Positions 9,601 through 18,281 of a DNA stretch of 64,000 nt are shown here, piece after piece. Location: contig JAHBWD010000010.1 in NCBI GenBank assembly GCA_019637175.1, forward strand, positions 126,715 through 190,714, given 5' to 3'. The translations under genes and the position numbers were made by a program. Position 1 is the stretch's first letter, and each line of letters begins with the position of its first letter. The notes beneath the pieces were generated by a model. The model did not search any database. It was given only the letters and a program-made list of their open reading frames with translations, and had not been told where the DNA came from. This DNA comes from Labilithrix sp. (GTDB taxonomy: Bacteria; Myxococcota_A; Polyangia; Polyangiales; Polyangiaceae).

Positions 9601-10218
9601 TCAGCGACGCGGAGCGCCCGCCGCCAGCGCGGCGGCGGCCGCCAGCTTGTGCTCGGCTCGCCAGGGCGGCCCGATCGATCGGCCCATCGCGGCGAGGAGC
9701 TCGTCGAGGTCGCGGCCGAGCCCGGTCGCCGCGTCGTGAAACACGCGCTCGCGGTCGTACCAGCGCACCGACCACCCCCGCGCCTCGGCGGCCGCCGCGA
9801 GCGCCTGCCGATACATGACGGTGTCGGCGAAGGTCTGCGCGCGGTTGTCGGCGATGCGCTCCTCGACCGTCGGCGGAAGCTCCGGGCACACGCGGATCGC
9901 GACGCCCGCGATCGGCGCGGGCACCGCCGCGGCGAGCGCGTCGAGGCCCTCGCGTGCGCCGCGCGCCGCGGCCGCGCGCACGCGCTCCACGAGCTTCACG
10001 GCGTCGGCGAGCGAGATCCGCCGCGCGCCCGGGGTGCCGAGATAGCGACCCACCGCCCACGATCCCTCGTGGTGGTGCGGGTGCGTCGGCAGACCGTGCG
10101 TGAGGTCGATCCGCCGGCGATCGAGCAGCTCACCGCGCGCGAGCGTGACGAGCACCGCCGAGTTGCCGTGCTCGACGACGCCGACCGTCGCGGCCGGAGG
10201 CCTTCGTGCGCGCGTCAC
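9601..10218 (-). CDS. hypothetical protein
   Basis: 205-aa ORF with good GC3. Its ATG overlaps the stop of the DUF1697 gene (ATGA coupling). Confidence 0.45.
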   Translation of the reverse strand: MTRARRPPAATVGVVEHGNSAVLVTLARGELLDRRRIDLTHGLPTHPHHHEGSWAVGRYLGTPGARRISLADAVKLVERVRAAAARGAREGLDALAAAVPAPIAGVAIRVCPELPPTVEERIADNRAQTFADTVMYRQALAAAAEARGWSVRWYDRERVFHDAATGLGRDLDELLAAMGRSIGPPWRAEHKLAAAAALAAGAPRR

Positions 10219-10766
10219 GAGACCATCCCCAGGAGCTTCACGGTGGTGTTCCAGTTGCGGATGGTGAGGCTCTTGTATACGGGCTGTTGCGCGATCTTCG
10301 CGAGCCGGCTCTGCGTGGCCCTGCGGATCAGACGCCGGAAGTAGATCGCGTGCGCGCCCGCGTGAACGGCGTCGACGCCCGGCTTCGCCGTGATCTGCGC
10401 GAGCGCTTCGCCCGGCGTGACGGGCTCCTTCACGAACAGCACGTCGTAGCGATACTCGCTCGGACGCTTGCCGAACTCGGGTGCCTCGGCGACGACGCGC
10501 GCGAGCTCGTTCGCCGTCAGGACCACGACCCGCGACGCGTAGCCGAACGCCTCGCCGAGGGCCGCTTCGATTTTCGTGGTGAGGGCGGCTTTCTTCGCCG
10601 GTCTCGAGGAGAACACGACGTTGCCGCTCTGGATGTACGTCGCGACCTCGGCGAACCCCATCGCTTCGAAGGCCACGCGGAGGTCGACCATCTTGATGAT
10701 GTTGTTCCCGCCGACGTTGATCCCGCGCAGGAGCGCGACGTGCCTATCGCTCGTCTTCGAAGCCAT
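10215..10766 (-). CDS. DUF1697 domain-containing protein
   Basis: MASKTSDRHVALLRGINVGGNNIIKMVDLRVAFEAMGF is the characteristic DUF1697 N-terminus. Start taken at the internal ATG (M75) of ORF 10215..10988. Confidence 0.65.
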   Translation of the reverse strand: MASKTSDRHVALLRGINVGGNNIIKMVDLRVAFEAMGFAEVATYIQSGNVVFSSRPAKKAALTTKIEAALGEAFGYASRVVVLTANELARVVAEAPEFGKRPSEYRYDVLFVKEPVTPGEALAQITAKPGVDAVHAGAHAIYFRRLIRRATQSRLAKIAQQPVYKSLTIRNWNTTVKLLGMVS

Positions 10767-10836
10767 CGCTCGACGGCGTAGCACACGAACGGCCTCGCGA
10801 CCGCGCACGTCGAGCCGGCGATCGGCTTCAGCGGCT

Positions 10837-11097
10837 TCAGCTCTTCGGCGGGCAGGCCGCGAGGCACTCGGCCTTGCGCTGCACGCAGGCGGCTTCGTCC
10901 GTCGCCGCGGCCTCCGCGAGATCGTGGCATTCCTTGGCGAGACCGCCTTCGTCTTCGTGTGGATCGCACGCGCGATCGATGGCGTCACACGTCGGTCTGG
11001 TGGAGGGTGATGTCGGCACCAAAGGAGGTTTCTCGCTCGCGTTGCACGCGAAGACGAGCAGCGCGATCGCCGCGACGAGCATGGTCGGAAGCTTCAT
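10837..11097 (-). CDS. small Cys/His/acidic-rich secreted lipoprotein (possible metal-binding)
   Basis: MKLPTMLVAAIALLVFACNAS signal with lipobox. The mature peptide has about 8 Cys plus His/Asp/Glu clusters. Its ATG overlaps the rpsD stop. Confidence 0.5.
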   Translation of the reverse strand: MKLPTMLVAAIALLVFACNASEKPPLVPTSPSTRPTCDAIDRACDPHEDEGGLAKECHDLAEAAATDEAACVQRKAECLAACPPKS

Positions 11098-11708
11098 CAC
11101 AGCCTCTGCGAGTAGAACTCGACGACGAGCTGCACGCGCAGCGGAAAGAGCACCGACGTCTCGTCCGGCAGCGCGATCACGGAGGCGCGCCGGGCGTCGC
11201 GATCGACCTCGAGCCACGGCGTCTGGAACGTGTCGGCGACCGCGAAGCCCGACGCGACGGCGCCGAGGCTCTTGCTGCGCTCCCGCAGCGAGACGACCTG
11301 CCCCTCGTCGACGCGGTAGCTCGCGACGTCGACGCGCTCGCCGTCGACGATCACGTGCCCGTGGTTCACGAGCTGGCGCGCCGCCGGGATGGTGCGCGCG
11401 AACCCTGCGCGGAAGACGACGTTGTCGAGGCGCCGCTCGAGCAGCTCGATCAGCTTGTGACCGGTCGTGCCCGCGCTCGCGCGCGCCTCGATCATGAGGC
11501 GGCGAAGCTGTCGCTCCGACACGCCGTAGCCCATCCGCACCTTCTGCTTCTCCATCAAGCGGAGCGCGTACTCGGTGAGCTTCTTTCGGCTCTGCCCGTG
11601 CTGGCCGGGGGGATACGGCCGCTTGTCGATCTTCTTCGTCGACAGGCCGGGCAGCTCCACGCCGAGCGCCCTCATCTTCTTCACGCGCGGTCCTGTGTAA
11701 CGACTCAC
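11097..11708 (-). CDS. rpsD: 30S ribosomal protein S4 (Cys-less, zinc-independent form)
   Basis: MSRYTGPRVKK...PGQHG...LDNVVFRAGFA...EFYSQRL is clear S4. GTG start with GGAGG Shine-Dalgarno 6 nt upstream. No Cys residues. It is not in an rpsM-rpsK-rpoA context. Confidence 0.85.
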   Translation of the reverse strand: MSRYTGPRVKKMRALGVELPGLSTKKIDKRPYPPGQHGQSRKKLTEYALRLMEKQKVRMGYGVSERQLRRLMIEARASAGTTGHKLIELLERRLDNVVFRAGFARTIPAARQLVNHGHVIVDGERVDVASYRVDEGQVVSLRERSKSLGAVASGFAVADTFQTPWLEVDRDARRASVIALPDETSVLFPLRVQLVVEFYSQRL

Positions 11709-11787
11709 GGCGTTCCTCCGTCAGCCGGCCGGCCGACGAAGGCCTTCGTGTCGTGATGCACCATCGGATCTCCTCGCCCCTTCCGTA

Positions 11788-11816
11788 TTGATAATGAAAA
11801 CCGTTTTCAATATCTC
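11788..11816. promoter_or_regulatory. AT-rich palindrome TGAAAAC-CG-GTTTTCA (Zur/Fur-box-like) in rpsD upstream region
   Basis: ATTGATAATGAAAACCGTTTTCAATATC is an isolated AT-rich inverted repeat in a roughly 70% GC genome. It lies about 80-110 nt upstream of the rpsD start and resembles Zur boxes (TGAAAATGATTTTCA). Confidence 0.35.
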
Positions 11817-11850
11817 CCGGAGAGACGGCCGCGTCAAGCCCGAAGGCGAT

Positions 11851-13194
11851 TCAAGCCCCCTTCACACCCGCGCGCCGAAGCGCGTTCTCGAAGCGGCGCG
11901 CGCCGAGCGCGACGAGCTCGGCGTCGATCGTGAGCGGCGGACGAAAGCGCATCGAGCGGGCGCCGCACGCGAGCGCGATCATGTCTTCGTCGAAGCACGC
12001 ACGAAGCACGGCGTCCCTCGTCGCGCGATCGGGCAGATCGACCGCGCACATCAAGCCCGCGCCGCGCGCGTTCTCGACGCCGGAGAAGGTCGCCGCGATC
12101 CGCTCGAGCTCCCCGAGCAGCTCGCGACCGCGGTCGCGCGCGTTCTCGAGCAGCCCCTCGTCGACGATGATCTCGAGGATGCGCGTGCACCGCACCATGT
12201 CGACGAGCGAGCCTCCCCACGTCGAGTTGATCCGGCCCGACTTCGCGAACACGTTCTCGCTCACCTCGTCGATGCGCCTCGAGACGAGGATGCCGCCGAT
12301 CTGCATCTTCTTCGCGAAGCACAAGATGTCGGGCTCGACGCCGTGGTGCTCGTATGCCCACCACTTGCCCGTCAGCCCGAGCCCCGTCTGGATCTCGTCG
12401 TACACGAGGAGCGCCTCGTGCTCGTCGGCGAGACGGCGGAGCTCGCGGAAGAAGCTCGGGCGGAAGTGGTTGTCGCCGCCCTCGCCCTGGATCGGCTCGA
12501 CGATGATCGCCGCGATGCCGTGAGGGTCGCGCGCGAACGCGTTCTCGGCCGCCGCGATCGCGGCGCGCTCGCGCTCCTCGACGTCGGCGAGGTTCTTCCC
12601 TTCGAGCGGGAACGCGATCGCCGGCGCCGGAATGCGCGGCCAGTCGAACTTCGGGAAGTACGCCGTCTTGTTCGGATCCGTGTTCGTGAGGCTCATCGTG
12701 TAGCCCGAGCGGCCGTGGAACGCGCCCTCCAGGTGGAGCACGGCGTGCCCTCGCTCGCCTCGCCCGGCGGCGAGGTTCTTGCGCACCTTCCAATCGAACG
12801 CCGCCTTGAGCGCGTTCTCGACGGCGAGCGCGCCGCCGTCGATGAAGAAGTAGTGCGGCAAATGCGGAGGCGCCGCCGTCCGCGCGAGCGTGTCGACGAG
12901 CTCGGCCATGTACGTCGTGTACTTGTCGGAGTTCGAGACCTTCACCGTCGCCGCGTGCAGCAGGCGCTGCTGCACGTCGGGCTCGAGCATGCCCGGGTGG
13001 TTCATGCCGATCGGGTTCGACGCGAAGAACGAGAAGAAGTCGAGGTAATCGCGCCCCGTACGCGCGTCTCGGATCCATGAGCCGCGGCTCCGCTCCAGAT
13101 CGACGACGAGCGGATAGCCGTCGACGAGCATGTGACGCGCGAGCGTCGCGTGGACGTCGCCCGGGAGAACGCGCGCGCGCTCGAACGTGCTCAT
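11851..13194 (-). CDS. lat: L-lysine 6-aminotransferase-like class III (PLP) aminotransferase
   Basis: 447 aa; class-III aminotransferase motifs (LVYDEIQTGLGLTGKWWAYEH). The N-terminus is LAT-like (YLDFFSFFASNPIGMNHP). Confidence 0.6.
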   Translation of the reverse strand: MSTFERARVLPGDVHATLARHMLVDGYPLVVDLERSRGSWIRDARTGRDYLDFFSFFASNPIGMNHPGMLEPDVQQRLLHAATVKVSNSDKYTTYMAELVDTLARTAAPPHLPHYFFIDGGALAVENALKAAFDWKVRKNLAAGRGERGHAVLHLEGAFHGRSGYTMSLTNTDPNKTAYFPKFDWPRIPAPAIAFPLEGKNLADVEERERAAIAAAENAFARDPHGIAAIIVEPIQGEGGDNHFRPSFFRELRRLADEHEALLVYDEIQTGLGLTGKWWAYEHHGVEPDILCFAKKMQIGGILVSRRIDEVSENVFAKSGRINSTWGGSLVDMVRCTRILEIIVDEGLLENARDRGRELLGELERIAATFSGVENARGAGLMCAVDLPDRATRDAVLRACFDEDMIALACGARSMRFRPPLTIDAELVALGARRFENALRRAGVKGA

Positions 13195-13296
13195 ACGATC
13201 CCTACCCGTTTCATCGCCGTGACCTCCCGTCTGGCATAGCGGGAGGACGCGAGCGCGTCGAGCGACGACGCGTGCGGCGTGGCGCCAGAGACCGCT

Positions 13297-14634
13297 TCAG
13301 CGGTCGTGCTTCGGGATCCCGCCCGCGGGGGCGACGTCGCGGATGCGCGCGGACGCGGCCTTGTAGCGAGCCTTCATGTCGGCGGCGAGCTCCGGCCTCG
13401 AGCGCCACAGATCCTGCTTCTCCTGCGGATCCGCCGCGAGGTCGAAGAGCGAGTATCGAACGTCGTTGCCGAAGGCGATGATCTTCGTCGTGCCGTGAAC
13501 GAGCGCGCGGCGGCGCTCGTTGTACTCGTCTTCCGGCAGATCGACGACGACGTCGCGCGCCGGCGCCGGCGCGCCGTCGAGCTCGGCGACGAGGCTCGCG
13601 CCCGGCAGCTCGACGGAGACGCCGAGCAGCGCGGCGAACGTGGGCGCGAGATCGACGTGTCCGCGCGGCTCGTCGATGGTCCGCGCCGCCCGGCCGGGCA
13701 CGTAGAAAAAGAGAGGCACGTGCACGAGCTCCTCCCAGACCTCGTGCGCGTGGCGCGTCATCCCGTGCTCGCCGAACGCCTCGCCGTGATCGGCGGTGAC
13801 GACGACGATCGTGCGCGCCGCCCACGGCTGCGCGTCGACGAAGTCGAGCAGCTTGCCGATCCACTGATCGGTGAAGAACACCTCCTCGTCGTAGAGATCG
13901 CGCGCGCGCTTGCCGAAGTGCGGGCTCTCCGCGTGCGTTTTGTACTCGTCGTGCGGGTCCATGTAGTGAAACCACGCGAGGAAGGGCTTGGGGCCCTGCG
14001 TGCCCTGTTTGCTCGCGACCTCACCGAGCATCTCGATCGCGAGCGGCGTGAGCTTGTCGCTCGTGACGTAGGGATCGGTCTGGTAGTCGAAGGTGATCCC
14101 CTTGACGATCCGCCAGTCGGAGAAGCCGTGCTCGAAGCCCGACTGCTTCGGGCCGAAGTACGCGTGGGCGTGCCCGCCGACGCAGGGAACGCCGGCGCTC
14201 CCGAACGCCGTGCACACGAAGTCGGTCTTCGTCAGGTAGCGCGTGAAGAACACGCCGGTGCGCGAGAGCTCCGACGGATAGCGGCCCGTGAGCAGGCCCG
14301 CGAGGCTCTTCGACGTGTAGCTCGAGGTGGAGTACGCGCGCGTGTAGCGGGTCGACTTCGCGTGGAGCGCCGAGAGCCGCGGCGCGATCGGGCGCTCGTA
14401 GCCGGCCCACGGCATGTCGGCGCGCAGGCTGTCGACGGTGATGAGCAAGATGTTCCACGGCGCGTCGGTGAGGCTCGCCGTCTTCGCGGCGCCGTCGCCG
14501 CCGTCGTGCAGCGACGCGTCGGCGTGCGCCGACGCGGCCTTCTCCGCCGGAGGCGGAGGTGCCTTCTGCTCGCACGAAGAGCACGCCGCGAGGCTCATCG
14601 CCGCGGCGATCGCGAGCGGTCCGAACCGGATCAT
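13297..14634 (-). CDS. sulfatase-like hydrolase/transferase lipoprotein (alkaline phosphatase superfamily), lacks canonical C/S-x-P-x-R
   Basis: Start MIRFGPLAIAAAMSLAACSS (M141 of ORF 13297..15054). Sulfatase-family motifs ILITVDSLRAD...TADHGEAFGEHG are present. The FGly site is replaced by SSYTSKSLAGLLTGRYP. Confidence 0.7.
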   Translation of the reverse strand: MIRFGPLAIAAAMSLAACSSCEQKAPPPPAEKAASAHADASLHDGGDGAAKTASLTDAPWNILLITVDSLRADMPWAGYERPIAPRLSALHAKSTRYTRAYSTSSYTSKSLAGLLTGRYPSELSRTGVFFTRYLTKTDFVCTAFGSAGVPCVGGHAHAYFGPKQSGFEHGFSDWRIVKGITFDYQTDPYVTSDKLTPLAIEMLGEVASKQGTQGPKPFLAWFHYMDPHDEYKTHAESPHFGKRARDLYDEEVFFTDQWIGKLLDFVDAQPWAARTIVVVTADHGEAFGEHGMTRHAHEVWEELVHVPLFFYVPGRAARTIDEPRGHVDLAPTFAALLGVSVELPGASLVAELDGAPAPARDVVVDLPEDEYNERRRALVHGTTKIIAFGNDVRYSLFDLAADPQEKQDLWRSRPELAADMKARYKAASARIRDVAPAGGIPKHDR

Positions 14635-14703
14635 CGCGGTCACCTTGCCGATTCTTTTCCGAAAGGCCAAGCAAATCATAGCGATGTGGTAGAAAATCCG
14701 GCA

Positions 14704-17001
14704 GTGCGCTGGGTCCGTCGAGTCTTCCTCACGATCTCGGGTGCGGCCTTCGCCGCGCTCTTCGTGGCGATGCTCGAGAGCATCACGATCGGGCGCGCGC
14801 TCTCGGCGGCCGATCAGCGTCCGCCTGGGATCTTCACGCTCCTCGGCAGCGCCGCCGGCGTCATCTTCCCGGTCGCGATGATCGTCGGGCTCGCGGTGGC
14901 GCCGCTCGCGATGCTCGTCGAGCCCGAAGGCAGCACGACGATCGTCCAAGACATCGCCGCGATCCGCGGCCAGCGCGCGCGCAGGCTGCGCGCAGCCGCG
15001 CTCACGCCGCTCCTCGGCCTCGCGATCTTCGTCGCGACCGTCGGCGCGGCGCACTTCGGGCGCGCGCTCATGGTCGCGAAGCGGCCCGTCGAGAGCGGCC
15101 TCTCGATGGGCATCTTGACCGTGGGGCTGTCGCTCGTGATGACCGCGGTCGCCCTCGCGATTCTGCCGACGCTATGGCGCCTCCTCGCGCGGCTCGCCAA
15201 CGTCTCGCGCTACGCCGATCCGCTCGTGACCGGCTCGACCGTCGCGGCCCTCGCGCTGCTCCTCATCGTCATCGGCGTTCGCACCGGCGACACCGGAGGC
15301 ACCGGCGGCGTCGCCGGCGTCGGCATCTTCGGCGTGCTCGCGCGCCCCGAGCTCGACCTCTTGCCCGTCGTGCACGCGCTCGGCATCGCGGCGTCGGCCT
15401 ACCTCGGCGGAACGCTCTCGCGCGGGCGGTTCGTCCGCGAAGCGTCGATCGCCGGCGGCGTCGCGGTGCTGTTGCTGTTCTTCCTCTGCGTGCGCTCGTC
15501 GTCGTCGCTCGGGCGCGAGCCCGACGTCGTCGTCGGCCTCGAGCGCCACGCTTCGCTCGGGCGCGTCTCTCTCGGGATCCTGCGCCGCGCGACCGATCGC
15601 GACGGCGACGGACACTCGGCGAGCTTCGGCGGCGCCGACTGCAACGACAACGACCGCTCGATCAACCCGGAGGCGATCGACATCCCGGGCAACGGGATCG
15701 ACGAAGACTGCTCCGGCGAAGACACCCCGCACGTCGTCGTCGCCCAGCCGGATCCTCCCCCGGTGAAGGATCCCACGCCCGCAGAGCCGGCGAAGCCGCG
15801 CCGCACCTTCAACGTGATCCTCGTCACCGTCGACACGCTCCGCTACGACCTCGGCTTCGCCGGCTACAACAAGCCGGTCTCCGCCAACATCGACGCGCTC
15901 GCCGCCAAGAGCGCCGTCTTCGAGCGCGCGTACTCGCTCTCCTCGTATACCGCCAAGAGCCTCGGGCCGCTGCACATCGGCCGCTACCCGAGCGAGGCGC
16001 TACGCGACGGCGATCACTTCACGACGTACTACCCGGCGAACACGTTCGTCGCCGAGCGCATCCACGAGATCGGCACGCGCAACGTCGGCGGGCATTGCCA
16101 CTACTACTTCATGTGGAACACGGGCTACGCGCAGGGCTTCGACGTCTGGGACACGTCGGCCATCGCGCCAGGCATGGCCGACAACGACTCGAGCATCACG
16201 AGCGAGCGCATGAGCGATCTCGCGATCAAGCTGCTCTCGCGACCGGAGAACGTCACGCCTCCGCCCCTGCCGAGCGGCGAGCCGCGCCGCTTCTTCATGT
16301 GGTTTCACTACTTCGATCCGCACGCGCAGTACGTGAGGCACGCGGGCGCGCCCGACTTCCGCGCGATCCCCGGCGGCCAGCCGGGCCGATGGATCTACGA
16401 CGAAGAGGTCTGGTTCACCGACAAGCACATCGGCCGCGTCCTCGATCACGTCGCGTCGCAGCCCTGGGGCGCCGACACGGCGATCATCATCACCGCCGAT
16501 CACGGCGAGGCCTTCGGCGACCACGGCGTGCGCACGCACGGCCACGAGCTCTACGAGCCGCTCGTGCGGGTGCCGCTCGTCATGTACGTCCCCGACGCCA
16601 AGCCGCGTCGCGTCGGGATCAAGCGATCGCACATCGATCTGGCGCCGACGATCATGGACCTCGTCGGCGCGCCGCCGGCGCCGCCGGGAGAGCTGCGCGG
16701 CAAGACGCTGCTCACCGACGTCTACGCCGCGTCGGACGAGACGCTCGAGGAGCGCGACGTGTACCTCGACATGCCGCAGGGCCCGATGAACGACATGCGC
16801 CGCGGGATCCTCACGGGCAAGACGCCGGGGATGAAGCTGCTCCACTTCGGCGGCAAGCGCTACCAGCTCTACGATCTCGCCGCCGATCCGGGAGAGACGA
16901 ACGATCTCTCCGAAGATCCGGAGAAGTTCAAGCCGGTGATGGATCGCCTGCAACAGCTCCGCGCGGGCCTCGCCGAGGTCGCCATCGGCGCGCGCAAGTG
17001 A
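14704..17001 (+). CDS. membrane-anchored sulfatase-like hydrolase/transferase with MopE-like metal-binding motif
   Basis: GTG start, then a multi-TM N-terminal domain, then GADCNDNDRSINPEAIDIPGNGIDEDCSGED (Myxococcales putative metal-binding motif), then a catalytic domain paralogous to 13297..14634 (ILVTVDTLRYD...SSYTAKSLGPLHIGRYP...TADHGEAFGDHG). The 5' part of ORF 13279..17001 is shadow. Confidence 0.65.
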   Translation: MRWVRRVFLTISGAAFAALFVAMLESITIGRALSAADQRPPGIFTLLGSAAGVIFPVAMIVGLAVAPLAMLVEPEGSTTIVQDIAAIRGQRARRLRAAALTPLLGLAIFVATVGAAHFGRALMVAKRPVESGLSMGILTVGLSLVMTAVALAILPTLWRLLARLANVSRYADPLVTGSTVAALALLLIVIGVRTGDTGGTGGVAGVGIFGVLARPELDLLPVVHALGIAASAYLGGTLSRGRFVREASIAGGVAVLLLFFLCVRSSSSLGREPDVVVGLERHASLGRVSLGILRRATDRDGDGHSASFGGADCNDNDRSINPEAIDIPGNGIDEDCSGEDTPHVVVAQPDPPPVKDPTPAEPAKPRRTFNVILVTVDTLRYDLGFAGYNKPVSANIDALAAKSAVFERAYSLSSYTAKSLGPLHIGRYPSEALRDGDHFTTYYPANTFVAERIHEIGTRNVGGHCHYYFMWNTGYAQGFDVWDTSAIAPGMADNDSSITSERMSDLAIKLLSRPENVTPPPLPSGEPRRFFMWFHYFDPHAQYVRHAGAPDFRAIPGGQPGRWIYDEEVWFTDKHIGRVLDHVASQPWGADTAIIITADHGEAFGDHGVRTHGHELYEPLVRVPLVMYVPDAKPRRVGIKRSHIDLAPTIMDLVGAPPAPPGELRGKTLLTDVYAASDETLEERDVYLDMPQGPMNDMRRGILTGKTPGMKLLHFGGKRYQLYDLAADPGETNDLSEDPEKFKPVMDRLQQLRAGLAEVAIGARK

Positions 17002-17078
17002 TTCGCCCCCGGATCGTCGCCTCCGCGTCGAGCGGCGGGACGCATCGCGCGGCGTCGAGCGTTCCACGAGAGCCGTAG

Positions 17079-18281
17079 ATGCGATCCCTTCCTTGCCTCG
17101 GGCGCCGCTCGTTCCTCGCCGGCGCGATCGTCGGTTGCGGCCGCGCGCCGCGCTCGAACGACGCGCCGCCGCGACCTTCCGCGTCCTCGCCTCGTGAGCC
17201 GCCGCCGACCGACGCCGCGGCCCCTCCCCCTCGGCCGGCGCACGCGCTCTTCGAGGTGTATCCGGCGCTCGCGGCGACCTTGCCGCGCGCCCCCCTCGCG
17301 CGGTTCCCTTCGACGGTCGAAGACGCGAGCGCGGTCACGCGATCGCTTTGGATCAAGCGCGACGACGACTTCACCCGCGGCGCGCCGCCGGCGGATCCGC
17401 TCGGACGGATCTTCGGCGGGGGCAAGGTGCGCAAGCTCGAGCTCTACTTCGGCGAGGCGCGCGCGCAGAACAAGCGAAGGATCATCACGACGGGCGGCGT
17501 GGGATCGAACCAGGCGCTCGCCGTCGCGCTCCTCGGTGAGTCGCTCGGCTTCGAGGTGAGCCTCTACCTCGCGCCGCAGCCGCCTTCTTCGCTCACCGCC
17601 AAGAACCTCGCGGGCGACGCCGCCTCGGGCGCGGAGCTGCGCCTCTTCGACAGCGTCACCGAAGCTCACGCCCGCGCGACGCGCGAAGCGAGAGAGCGCC
17701 GCGACGTGTACGTGATCCCGCCGGGTGGAACGACGCCGCTCGGCACGCTCGGCTTCGTCAACGCGGGCCTCGAGCTCGCCGAGGACGTGCGCGCAGGGAG
17801 GCTCCCCTCACCCCGCCGGATCTACGTCGCGCTCGGCCTCGGCGGGAGCGCCGCGGGCCTCGGCATCGGCTGCGCCCTCGCCGGCCTGCGAACGGAGATC
17901 ATCGGCGTGCGCGCGTCGAGCCCGGCGTCGGTCTCCGCGGCGACGCTCCGCGCGATCCACGACGAGACCGTCGCCTTCGCGCGCGCGCGCGATCCGAGCT
18001 TCCCCACGGTGAAGCACGAGAACGTCCGCATCGACGGGCGCTTCGTCGGCGGCGGCTACGGCGTCCCGACGCCCGCGGGCGACGAGGCCGTCGCGCGCGG
18101 ACGCTCCGAAGGTTGGGAGCTCGACGTCGTCTACACGGGCAAGGCCCTCGCGGCGATCCTCGACGACGCGCGCGCCTCGGAGGCCGAGCCCTGGCTCTTC
18201 TGGAACACGATGAGCTCCCGGCCCGTGCCTTCGGGCGCCGTTCCCGCCGCGTTTCGTTCCTTCGTTCGGAGCTCTCCCTGA
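17079..18281 (+). CDS. ACC deaminase/D-cysteine desulfhydrase family PLP enzyme with Tat/lipoprotein signal
   Basis: RRSFLAGAIVGCG Tat motif plus lipobox. WIKRDD...GGGKVRKLE PLP-lysine motif. Confidence 0.65.
   Translation: MRSLPCLGRRSFLAGAIVGCGRAPRSNDAPPRPSASSPREPPPTDAAAPPPRPAHALFEVYPALAATLPRAPLARFPSTVEDASAVTRSLWIKRDDDFTRGAPPADPLGRIFGGGKVRKLELYFGEARAQNKRRIITTGGVGSNQALAVALLGESLGFEVSLYLAPQPPSSLTAKNLAGDAASGAELRLFDSVTEAHARATREARERRDVYVIPPGGTTPLGTLGFVNAGLELAEDVRAGRLPSPRRIYVALGLGGSAAGLGIGCALAGLRTEIIGVRASSPASVSAATLRAIHDETVAFARARDPSFPTVKHENVRIDGRFVGGGYGVPTPAGDEAVARGRSEGWELDVVYTGKALAAILDDARASEAEPWLFWNTMSSRPVPSGAVPAAFRSFVRSSP

Noticed and set aside
13279-17001. 1240-aa plus-strand ORF read as one giant sulfatase
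   Set aside because: Its first ~470 codons are the antisense shadow of the minus-strand sulfatase-like gene (13297..14634). The real gene starts at GTG 14704 after an AT-richer divergent promoter region.
13297-17001. Calling the two enzymes arylsulfatases
   Set aside because: The C/S-x-P-x-R formylglycine motif is absent, so only the superfamily-level 'sulfatase-like hydrolase/transferase' call is defensible from sequence.
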